A stretch of 64,000 bases of DNA from Balanoglossus misakiensis (lineage: Eukaryota; Animalia; Hemichordata). The notes beneath the pieces were generated by a model. That model was not told the origin of the DNA. It did not search any database and worked only from the letters and a program-made list of their open reading frames with translations. Position 1 is the first letter of the stretch, and the number at the start of each line of letters is the position of its first letter. Positions 24,701 through 36,152 of the stretch are shown here, in pieces. Location of the stretch: the NCBI GenBank assembly GCA_040954595.2, contig CM082582.2, positions 620,001-684,000 on the forward strand, given 5' to 3'. The position numbers and the translations under genes are program-made.

Positions 24701-27700
24701 AATTTTTTGAAAATTACAAAAAATACCTGTTTTCTACATATTCGGAAATCTGATGGAGTATAGAATGCTCTTCGTATGTATATATCGATACAAATTCCAC
24801 AAAAGACCGTCTAATTTGGCTCACTGCAGACACAATTGCGTTTTCCCAAATTTTCCTTGAAAATGTCATTTTTAGAAAAAAAAAATAAAAAAAAACTTTG
24901 TTCTTCGAATTTGGTGCCCTGATCATATATGACATGTTGATTGTATGTTAAAACTTTCGACCACTCCAAAAATGCAGAGATATTGACGGAATTCAAGAAA
25001 AAATAGCCATTTTGGCCATATTTTGACAAAAAATGGTAAATTTTAAAAAAAATCATAAAAAATTAACTCTTTTCTTCATTTTCTGAAATATTACGGAGCA
25101 TGAAGTGTCGTTCTCTTGTAAAAAGTGCTGCAAATTCCAGAAAGGCGGTATAATTGAATCACCCAAGACAAAATTACCATTTTCGACTTTTTTTCGAAAA
25201 ATTGTCTTTTTTACAAAATAAATAAGAATAAATTCTTTTCTTAGTTTCAAACGGGTAGAGATACTTTCCACACGGGTTTTCTAACATTGAATTCCCGTTC
25301 ATCAAGTCAGATTTCCTACAGCATAAGTCGGCTAAAACCCTGACACTCTAGAGCAGAAACAGTTGCACACTGGTAACGTTGAACAAGTCGATTTTTCTAC
25401 GGCCTGGTTCGGCTAAATCTCCGTCACAATATGACAGACACTAGCGTACGTTAGCAACGGTGATCAAATCATATTTTTAACGGCATGGCTTGGATAAAGT
25501 CCCGGCACTCTAGACCAGAAACACGCGTACAGAGACCACGTTGATCAAGTCTGATCTCCTACGGCTTGGCTCGACTAAAACCCCGGCACACTATGACAGT
25601 CACTAGCGTTCGTTAGCAACGTTTATTAAGTCAGATTTCCTACGGCATGGCTTGGCTAAAGCCCTGGCACTCTAGAGCAGAAACACGCGTACAGAGACCA
25701 CGTTGATCTACTCACATTTCCTTCGGCCTGGCACGGCTGATGCCCCGGCACTATATATAGGACACAGACTGGCGTAAGTTAACAACGGTAATCGAGTCGG
25801 GTTTCCTACGGCCTGGCTCAGCTGAAGCCCCGGCACTCTAGAGCAGAAACAGGCGTACATTGACCACGTTGATCAAGTCAGATTTCCTACGGCGTGACTC
25901 GGCTGGTGCACCGGCTCTATATGACACAGACTGGCGTAAGTTATCATCGGTGATTACGTCGGATTTCCTACGGCCTGGTTTAGCTGAAGCCCCGGCACAT
26001 TAGAGCGGAAACACGCGTACATTGACCACGATGATCAAGTCAGATCTCCTACGGCCTGGCTCGACTAAAACCCAGGCACACCATGACAGACACAAGCGTT
26101 CGTTAGCAACGGTGATCAAGTCGGATTCCCTTCGGCCTGGCTCTGCAAAAGACCCGACACTCTAGTACAAAGACGTTGGCTAAGTCGGGCAAACCGAAGA
26201 GGGAAAGTCACAGCGGGTCAACAATCGACATTTGTTCGGGTAGGACTGCATTATTGCCTATCAATTTATAGAGAAAGCCCGAATTTAACCAGGGCGTTTC
26301 AAACACCGACGTTAGTTGGGGGCACGGCCTGCAGTACTGTCGGGTAAGCTGACATCGGCGTACCGCATATAATGTAAGGGGGGGGGGGACAGAACGGTTC
26401 AATACTACATTTATTAGATATCAGCTAATTTTGGACAATCATCTAAAATCTAAATCATGTTTTAATATTTGGATATCTGATGATGTATGAAATTTCCATT
26501 ATATGTAAAAATGGTGCTGATTATAAAAATGCACTCTTAATGATCTGATTTAATACAAAATTGCGTTTTATTCGTTTTTGCACTAAAAAGGTCATTTTTA
26601 GGAAAAATGTTCTTTATTTTTTTAATTCGGTGACCTGATCATATATAAACAATTGCTTGTATGTTAAACATTTTTATGACTTTTAAAAGCAGTGACACTG
26701 GCGGCATTCAACACGAAAATAACAATTTTAGCCACAATTTGGTCAAAATGGTAAATTTTTGAAAATTACAAAAAATACCTGTTTTCTACAGTTTCGGAAA
26801 TCTGATGGAGTATAGAATGCTCTTCGTATGTATATATCGATACAAATTCCACAAAAGACCGTCTTATTTGGCTCACTGCAGACAAAAATGCGTTTTACCG
26901 AATTTCCTTGAAAATGTCATTTTTAGAAAAAAAAAAAAAAAACCTTTGTTCTTCGAATTTGGTGCCCTGATCATATATGACATGTTGATTGTATGTTAAA
27001 ACTTTCGACCACTCCAAAAATGCAGACATATTGACGGAATTCAAGAAAAAATAGCCATTTTGGCCATATTTTGACAAAAAATGGTAAATTTTTTAAAAAA
27101 ATCATAAAAAATTAACTCTTTTCTTCATTTTCGGAAATATTATGGAGCATGATGTGTCGTTCTTTTGTAAAAAGTGCTGCAAATTCCAGAAAAGGCGGTA
27201 TAATTTGAATCACCCAAGACAAAATTACCATTTTCGACTTTTTTTCGAAAAAAAATGTCTTTTTTACAAAATAAATAAGAATAAATTCTTTTATTAGTTT
27301 CAAACGGGTAGAGATACTTTCCACACGGGTTTTCTAACATTGAATTCCCGTTCATCAACTCAGATTTCCTACAGCATAAGTCGGCTAAAACTCTGACACT
27401 CTAGAGCAGAAACAGTTGCACACTGGTAACTTTGAACAAGTCGATTTTTCTACGGCCTGGCTCGGCTAAATCTCCGTCACAATATGACAGACACTAGCGT
27501 ACGTTAGCAACGGTGATCAAGTCAGATTTCCTACGGCCTGGTTTAGCTGAAGCCCCGGCACTCTAGAGCAGAAACACGCGTACAGTGACCACGTTGATCA
27601 AGTCAGATTTCCTACGGCCTGGCTCGACTAAAACCCCGGCACACCATGACATACACTAGCGTTCGTTAGCAACGTTGATCAAGTCAGATTTCCTATGGCA

Positions 27701-27988
27701 TGGCTTGGCTAAAGCCCTGGCACTCTAGAGCAGAAACACGCGTACAGAGACAACGTTGATCTATTCACATTTCCTTCGGCCTGGCACAGCTGATGCCCCG
27801 GCACTATATATAGGACACAGACTGGCGTAAGTTAACAACGGTAATCACGTCGGGTTTCCTACGGCCTGGCTCAGCTGAAGCCCCGGCACTCTAGAGCAGA
27901 AACAGGCGTACATTGACCACGTTGATCAAGTCAGATTTCCTACGGCGTGATTTAAATTACGAATTCCAGATATGCTATTACTAATTAA

Positions 27989-30154
27989 TTATGGTGTAAT
28001 ACGTGTACTACTTTCCTCAAGCAAGCACAGTTTGCGAACATCTCTACGCAATCTTCCTGTTTCAGTCTTCACTAGGACCTGGCGCACATTGCCGTACTGA
28101 TCTGGGTAAGTTTGCTGAACTAGTCCTTTTGACCACTGTCCTCTTGGGATATTTTCCTCTACCACGATAACCAAATCTCCAACAGTCAGATTTCTCTTGG
28201 GCTTCAACCACTTCTGTCTCTGCTGAAGGGAAGGCAGGTATTCGTGTAGCCATCGTTTCCAAAACGAGTTCGCTATGAGATTAGCTTGGTTCCTTCTGTG
28301 ATTAGCTGTACTGGTCGTGACAGTGTCTGCAGGAGATGTGCATGGATTCGGCCTCAGTAGTAACAGGCTATTAGGCGTCAGTGCTTCAAGGTCATTCGGG
28401 TCATCTGATTGACGGGTCAAAGGTCGATCATTGATAATCTTCTCCACCTCCGCCAAGACAGTAAGTAAAGTTTCGTCGTCAATTAGTTGGTTTCCAACGA
28501 GTGCTCGTAGGATTTTCCGCACTGAACGTATCATCCTTTCCCAAACTCCTCCAGTATGACTGGCTGCGGGTGCATTGAAATACCATTGGATATCCCTCTT
28601 GCGTAGACTATCAGTTATCTTCTCTTGATTCCAACTCGCTAGAGCTTCTTTGATTTCAGTTTCCGCTCCCCGGAAATTTGTTCCGTTGTCACTGTATACC
28701 GTTTTTGGTGGACCACGTCTGCTGACAAATCTCCATACTGCCTGAATAAATGAATCTGTGGATAAACTGTGGGTGACTTCAATATGCACAGCTCGTATGG
28801 CGAGACAGGTGAATATACATCCGTATCGTTTGGACGTTCCTCTTCTCCACTTGACTTTCGGAGGACCAAAGAAGTCGATTCCCACTGCAGCAAATGCACT
28901 CTCACCTGGAGTAACTCTTGGGGTTGGAATTCTTCTGACAGTAGCTTGGCCTCTCAAAATCCAATATTCTTTTCGGATTCTGGATAACACATGGGTGGTT
29001 CCTACGTGACCTTCCTGCTCATGGAAAAACTGAACAATTAATTCGGTCACTTGATGATTATGGGGTAGAATAATAGGATGTTTTGTGGTTTCATCTATGG
29101 GGGCGTTGTTTAGTCTTCCACCAACGTGTATAATGCCATCTTTGTAGATTGGACTGAGTCTGCAAAGTGGACTGGTATATCCTTCAGAATCTGGTTTTCT
29201 GCTTGGATTCTTCAACTGTGTTGATATTTCCTTAGGAAACGCTTTCCGTTGAACGACTCTAATGACTTCTAAGGTAGCATCGGACACTTCTGACACCGTT
29301 AGAGCACCAACCGGAACTTTACCATTTCCGCCATTCTCAATGCGAGCTCGGAGATACTTCTTGTATCGTAAAATCCAAGCGACAGATTTGCAAAGTTTGT
29401 ACCATGACGAAAATCTGTGAATTAACGAATGGATGATATCAGTGTCATCTGTCTGGTTGCTGTTTACCACTGCGCATACCTTTGCCATTTTCAATTCGTT
29501 GTCCTCATCCGATATTCTTGGTAAGTCGGTAGGTTGGGTTGGCCAGTTTCCTTCAGATTTCCAGAGAAATTCTGGACCTTCGAACCACAGTTTGGACTTC
29601 GCTTTGGCGGCTTTCAAGGTAATACCTCGGGAGGCACAATCAGCTGGATTGAGTTGTGAAGGAACATGATGCCATTGTGACGGTAGTGTTGCATCGTGTA
29701 TTAGTTGTAGGTGGTTGGCTACAAAGGTCTTGAAGCGTCTTGTTGAGCTGCAGATATATTGTATAACAATGGTAGAGTCTGTCCAGAATCGCTCTCGATG
29801 GATAGGAAATTGAAGTTCTTCTTTTATCTGTTTGCTGACTTTAACGGCCACTGTTGCTGCTGTCAATTCCAATCTTGGTACTGTAATGGTCTTCAGTGGA
29901 GCAACTCTAGATTTGCCAGTCACGAGGCTGCAGTGAAAGTTACCACCTTTGTCAGTAAACCGTAGGTAGGAAACAACCCCATATCCTTCCGTTGAAGCAT
30001 CGCAGAAATGATGAATTTCTATAGATTGTGGCTGGCCAAAACCTGGAGGTGTGTAACACCGTGGAATTACCATGGCTTTTAACATCGGTAACTTCTGTAA
30101 CCATTCACGCCAAACAACTAGATATTTCACTGGTATGGCTTCATCCCATCCACA
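27989..30154 (-). pseudogene. pol: RNase H (Pao-type) and integrase of BEL/Pao pol
   Basis: HHFCDAS, KSRVAP, TVPRLEL, FWTDS, NPADCASRG; integrase DDE motifs GIDFFGP, YSDNGTNF, GGVWERMI. The CxxC half of the HHCC finger is missing (ATVRRI|PTPRV). Confidence 0.93.
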
Positions 30155-30852
30155 TCATTCTTTGCATAATTCTTGTAATAAGCGCTTAGCCGGCAATACA
30201 AATGGTGCAACAAATCCTAGTGGGTCGTACACAGATGCTACAACTGAGAGAATCCCTCTTCGAGTTTCACTTTTACTTTCCTTGCCAACTCTGAAGCTCA
30301 TAGTATCTTCTTGAATGTCCCATTGTACACCAAGAGCTCTGTCAACTGGTAAGTCTTCCAGGTCTAAATTCATCACAGATGGCGCCCTTTCTTCTGACGG
30401 GATGTAGGACAATACTTCTGTGCAATTAGAAATCCATTTGGTCAGATGAAATCCACCATTAGACAAAAGAGCTGAAACTTCAGTGATGAGTCTCTTGGCT
30501 GTGTCCACGGCAAGTACTGATTTTAAGAAATCATCCACGTAGAAATTTCTGTAGACAGCATCTATGATGTCCGAGTCGAAGTTACTTCTATTGTCATCAG
30601 CTGTTCTCCGGAGGGCGTATGCTGAACAACTAGGTGATGATGTCGCGCCAAACAAATGAACAAGCATTTGATGATCGACGGGCTCCTTCGTGAGGTCACC
30701 GTTAGGCCACCATAGGAATCGCAGGACATCACAATCTTCGGGGTCGACATGAACTTGGTGAAACATTTGCTTGATATCAGCAACCACTGCAACAGGATAC
30801 TGACGGAACCGTAGCAAGACTCCAACCAAGGAATTGGTCAAATCCGGACCTG
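30155..30852 (-). pseudogene. pol: Reverse transcriptase core of BEL/Pao pol (frameshifted fragment)
   Basis: [52 protein letters not shown]. It ends at a premature TGA (CKE*CGWDE). Confidence 0.93.
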
Positions 30853-33738
30853 CAGGAGTTGATCGTTCAGTGAAGTTCCTCCACATTTGGCAGCACAATC
30901 GAAGACGACTCTCACCTTTTCTGGTTTCATGGGATGCGTCACCGGATGATGAGGTAGATACCATAACCGTCTATCGTCTTCTTTGTTTTCATCAGATACT
31001 TCTTTTGCATGACCTTGTACAATATAGTCTTGTATAGTTGTACTGTACTTTTCATGGAGATCTGGATCTTTAAGTAGACGTCTTTTGAGTAGGTTGAGTC
31101 GTTTCTCAGCTACATGCCTGTTATTTGGTAAGGCTGGTTCTTCAAATTTCCAAGGTAGCTTCAACTGATAGTGGCCATTTTGTAGACGGACAGATCGATC
31201 CATTATCGCCTTTGCCCTTCGGTCTTCTAATGACATGCATTCTTTAGTATCCACTAGATTTTCGTTGAAGTCGGCATTGTACATCCTTTCCAATTGTGAT
31301 GAAATGGACTCCATACCTTTGATAGAAGTATCACTGTCGATGATCTGGTCCATATTGATACAGTTGATTGATGAGTTGGTTTCTTTCTTTCCTTTCATCG
31401 GCCCAATCAACGTCCATCCAAGTAATGTTCGGATTGCGTATGGTTGTTTTCTCCCGGCACGTCTTTCCTCCAGGACCCAGTGTGCTTCTGGAATGTCGTT
31501 ACTGATCAGGATTGTGACTTCCTTGTTCTGCAATTCTGGTAATTCAACATCCTTCAGATGAGACCATTCCTTCGTATCCTCTGCTGTTGGTATACTGTTT
31601 GCCGTTATGGGAAGTTTGTCCGTCGTCCATACCTTATCAAGATGAACACTTTGATTTCTATGTAGACCTCGTACATCTAATTTAACTTCACGTCCATACT
31701 TCTTCGTTTCAGCATCGAGTGTGGAAAGTGTATATGTAATGGGTTGTCCACCCAAACCAAGTCTGTCTGCTAGAGATGAGAGACATATTGTTGTGTCTGA
31801 ACCATTGTCCAGGAATGCATAAGTTTCAATCTCTGCTCCTCCCTCCACTCCACTTACTCGGACTGGTACAACTTGTAGGCTGATACGTGGCTTGTTTGTC
31901 CTGGTTGCTTTACAATGAACGGTGTTACCGGCCCCATTGGTTACTTCAGAATTCCCGTCACTTTTCTCGTCTTTATTCTTCCCAAGACGTGTTGTGGGTG
32001 GAGCTGGTCTACCACTTCCACTGGGATACACTTCATTTGACGACTGGCTAGGATGTGACGATACTGGGTGTAGTAATGGGTGGTGAAGTCTTCCACAGTC
32101 AGTTACTGGACAAAACAATCCACTTTTGCAGTTTTTAGCGAAGTGTCGAGGGGTTGCTTCCAGACAACAATCACAGAGGTTCTGTTTTCGCACAAACGTT
32201 TTCTTCTCCATGAACGACTTCCTGGCAAACTTCCGGCATCTCTGCAGTTGGTGTTGTCCTTGGCAGAAAAGACATCTAATTTCTCTCTTGGATTGGCAGT
32301 AGGGTTTGTCTTGCGTCTTGCCGTACATTTCATGACTTACTTGTGTGGTCAAAGTAGTAGCCTTGGTGAATTGTTTGACCCTGGACTTTACGTCTCTCTC
32401 TGGTTCTGGTTTTGATCCAACCAACATCCCGAATCTTGTATTGGCCAAGGCTGCTCGCTTCTCCAAAAACGCTGTCAGATGGATGAATTCTGGTTCAATA
32501 CCGGAGTAAATCATTCTTCCAGCTTCTTTTGCCCAATCTCCTTGTAGAAATGTAGGTAGGCGTCTCACTATCTTCTCCAATGTATCCATGGAGTTCAGAT
32601 CAGCGGTGTATTTCATTTGGCTGGAACACATATGACAATTATTCATGTCACGTGCCAACTGTAGCAACTTTGATGTGTCCGTGGCCTTGATCTGTGGTCC
32701 CTTGACGACTTTGTCTATGGTGGCATGGACGATCGTGTGTTTCTGGCCGAAATTCTGGTATAATATTTTCCTTGCTTCAGTGTAACCTTGTTCTGGAGGT
32801 AGAATCACACAGTTCTTGATTGCTTCTTTGGCTGGTCCAGTGCAGTATTGGATGAGATAAGCCAATCTAGTGCCATCATTGGTTGTTCCCTTTACAATGT
32901 TTATCTCAAAATTTCTGATGAACGTGGGGTACACTACTGGGTCACCATTAAACGATAGGAATTCCCGCTTCGGCAAATTCAAACTAGTTACAAGTGCTTG
33001 CGTGGCTTCACTCTGTTGTCTTATCATACTCTGTAGGATTTCGTGTTGCCCATCCCGCAATGGACTTGGTTCATTTCTATAAAGTTGTTCCCCAATATTG
33101 TGGTCCACGGGCTGCCATTCTGGTGCATTCGGATTTAATGCTGCCACATTGCCCTCCAACTGTTTCACATTTTCGGACAGCGGTCTGTCTTTAAGCAAAG
33201 TTGTTATTGTGTTGAACTGGGAAACTTCTACTGGGGGACCACTCGACAATACATGGGGGTGATAATCTTGAAAAGACTGGATATACCTGTCAATCTTCTC
33301 ACTTGGACTGGTCATCTTTGCTTCACTTGTATCAACAGAATATTCTTCGGAATTAAACGAAGTTCCCTCTTCTGCTAATTCAGCCTCCATTTCAGCCTGT
33401 TTTAACTTCTGTTGAACGTCTAGAATCTTCAATGTTGACTGCATCTTTATTTCTTCTTCTCGAAGTCGCAGATCACGAAGCTTGGCTTTGGCTTCTTCTT
33501 CTTGCTGTATCTTTTCAAGTTCAAGCTGGGTTTCCAATATCTTCCTTCTTGCAATTCTTGAAGCTCGACTTGCCTTTGAACTCGATAAAGAACATATATT
33601 ACTTGTCTGCCGGTTACCATTTCCATAAGACGTTTGACTATGTGATTTCTTTTTTACAGATTTTACCTGGTCCTTGGTAGAGTGACATGAATTTTTGGAA
33701 GCCGCTGAACCGTTGACATCATCCTGGCTCCAACCCAC
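30838..33738 (-). pseudogene. gag-pol: BEL/Pao gag, aspartic protease and start of RT
   Basis: FNGDPVVYPTF...RLAYLIQYCTGPAKEAI gag core; knuckles CLFCQGQH...C, CDCC...H...C and CPVTDCGRLHHPLLH; protease AFLDNGSDTT; WYLPHHPV...[11 protein letters not shown]. Confidence 0.92.
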
Positions 33739-34153
33739 GTGACGGAGTTGTTATCGTGATTCGATGAGACGAAATCCAGTTCTTCAGGCGTTGTTCCAGA
33801 CACTCTTTTCTGTTAACTTCAGATTCGTGTTCAAGTCGTACACTTTCTTGTTCGGACCTTGAAAGATGTTTCTGATATTCATAACAAGTATTTGTATATG
33901 AAGTAAAAATCCTATCCAAGTCTTCTTTCTTTTTGGTAACTGCTTGGTAGTCAGGCGACGACATTAACATGGTCTCTACATCCATGTAAATACGTGTCAT
34001 ATGGCCGCGGTAAGCGATAATTGATCTCCTTAATTTGGGAACTAAATTTTCTTCTCTTGTTGAGCTAGCTGTTTTTGATGAACTGCTACTCTTGACGGAG
34101 ACAGGGCCTGGTGCTGCTGGAACGTGGAACATCTCGTCGTTTCCAGTTGCCAT
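33719..34153 (-). pseudogene. gag: N-terminal fragment of the BEL/Pao gag-pol polyprotein
   Basis: First ATG ORF after the LTR, helical segment (LRRSIIAYRGHMTRIY...). It overlaps the next ORF in another frame, indicating a frameshift near 33730. Confidence 0.65.
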
Positions 34154-34261
34154 GACTTTCTAATGTATCTGCTAGTACACGGTTACACCAGGTTTCAGTC
34201 CAACGTCATCTGAGAACTATGTAGGATCCAATTCCTACTTGCATGGGCCCCTCGACACTCG

Positions 34262-34860
34262 TGTTGTATAAAAATTCTCCTTTTATTTTACTCTCTACGA
34301 GGAGCAAACTGTTCGGTGCATACAAAATAGACCGTGCACGACGTAATAACACGGTTCTAATACTGGTATAACACTGGTATAACACGGGTACAACACGGTT
34401 CTGTATAAACAAATACATAGACGAAATAAATTCAAGTAAGTATTCAAAGGTAAATGTAAAATGCCGATACAGAAGTTCAAACTCAATTACAAAGCAAATT
34501 CCAAAAATACAGCGTTTACAGGTAAGTAAATTCAAATCAATTCTATTCAATCGCTCAAAATTAATGGTTTATAAATGAAGTAGTCTGCGTCCTGGATAGT
34601 CGCTGCTTCTGTTGAAAGACCGCTCTGTATCGCTAAATAAAACAGTCTTACCTCAGATGGTGACGCTTTTAGGGGCTCAAAAAGCATGCAGTGCAGTGGT
34701 CACAAACATGTAGCCTAGAAGGCCTGACGTGGCAAAATGAAAACTTGCACACTGGCGAGGTGCCAATTTATAGTGAAAAGGAAATTTGCATATTGGATAA
34801 CCACTATGTGCATGTGCACCTGCACACACAGCCATCCAATCAGGGAGGACTGCACTTACA
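34262..34860 (-). repeat. Putative 5' LTR (~599 bp)
   Basis: The minus strand begins TGTAAG exactly at the satellite junction and ends ...TATACAACA, with AATAAA ~20 nt before the end. No second LTR is present to confirm the inner boundary. Confidence 0.6.
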
Positions 34861-36152
34861 CCGGCTCTATATGACACAGACTGGCGTAAGTTATCAACGG
34901 TGATTACGTCGGATTTCCTACGGCCTGGTTTAGCTGAAGCTAAAGACGTTGGCTAATCGGGCAAACCGAAGAGGGAAAGTCACAGCGGGTCAACACTCGA
35001 CATTTGTTCGGGTAGGACTGCATTATTGCCTGTCAATTTATAGAGAAAGCCCGAATTTTACCAGGGCGTTTCAAACACCGACGTTAGTTGGGGGCACGGC
35101 CTGCAGTACTGCCGGGTAAGCTGACATCGGCGTACCGCATATAATGTAGGGGGGGGGGGAAACAGAACGGTTCAATACTAGCTAATTTTGGACAATCATC
35201 TAAAATCTAAATCATTTTTTCATATTTGGATATCTGATGATGTATGAAATTTCCATCATATGTAAAAATGGTGCTGATTATAAAAAATGCACTCTGAATG
35301 AGCTGATTTAATACAAAATTGCGTTTTATTCGTTTTTGCACCAAAAAGGTCATTTTTAGGCAAAACATTCTTTTTTTTTTAATTCGGTGACCTCATCATA
35401 TATAAACAATTGCTTGTATGTTAAAAGTTTTTATGACTTTTAAAAGCAGTGACACTGGCGGCATTCAACACGAAAATAACAATTTTAGCCACAATTTGGT
35501 CAAAATGGTAAATTTTTGAAAATTACAAAAAATACCTGTTTTCTACATTTTCGGAAATCTGATGGAGTATAGAATGCTCTTCGTATGTATATATCGATAT
35601 AAATTCCACAAAAGACAGTCTAATATGGCTCACTGCAGACAAAATTGCGTTTTACCAAATTTACCTTGAAAATGTCATTTTTAGAAAAAGAAAAAAAAAC
35701 ACCTTTGTTCCTCGAATTTGGTGCCCTGATCATATATGACATGTTGATTGTATGTTAAAACTTTCGACCACTCCAAAAATGCAGAGATATTGACGGAATT
35801 CAAGAAAAAATAGCCATTTTGGCCATATTTTGACAAAAATGGTAAATTTTTAAAAAATCATCAAAAAATAAACTCTTTTCTTCATTTTCGGAAATAGTAT
35901 GGAGCATGAAGTGTCGTTCTCTTGTAAAAAGTGCTGCAAATTCCAGAAAAGGCAGTATAATTTGAATCACCCAAGACAAAATTACCCTTTTCGACTTTTT
36001 TTCGAACAATTGTCTTTTTTACAAAATAAATAAGAATAAATTCTTTTCTTAGTTTGAAACGGGTAGAGATACTTTCCACACGGGTTTTCTAACAATGAAT
36101 TCCCGTTCATCAACTCAGATTTCCTACAGCATAAGTCGGCTAAAATCCTGAC
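34861..36152 (+). repeat. Partial macrosatellite unit, forward orientation, with internal deletions
   Basis: It continues the unit interrupted at 27950. About 180 bp are missing at ~34940 and ~19 bp at ~35180. Confidence 0.95.

Larger units (their letters stand above)
5477..27950 (+). repeat. ~2.05-kb composite macrosatellite, forward arm (~11 units)
   Basis: Landmarks recur every ~2.05 kb (equivalent ORFs at 10729, 12776, 14826, 16875, 18929, 20978, 23034). Units differ by scattered SNPs and small indels. The first two units lack some sub-monomers. Confidence 0.98.
27951..34860 (-). mobile_element. BEL/Pao LTR retrotransposon, decayed, 3' LTR missing
   Basis: Gag (three Cys/His knuckles)-protease-RT-RNaseH-integrase order with BEL-type motifs. 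Satellite sequence stops at 27950 (TACGGCGTGA) and resumes at 34861 (CCGGCTCTAT). Confidence 0.95.

Noticed and set aside
28758-33680. Plus-strand ORFs within the retrotransposon
   Set aside because: Short antisense shadows of gag-pol with no motifs.
33719-33740. Programmed ribosomal frameshift between the first two retroelement ORFs
   Set aside because: No slippery heptamer is evident, BEL/Pao elements usually have a single ORF, and the copy has other disabling lesions.
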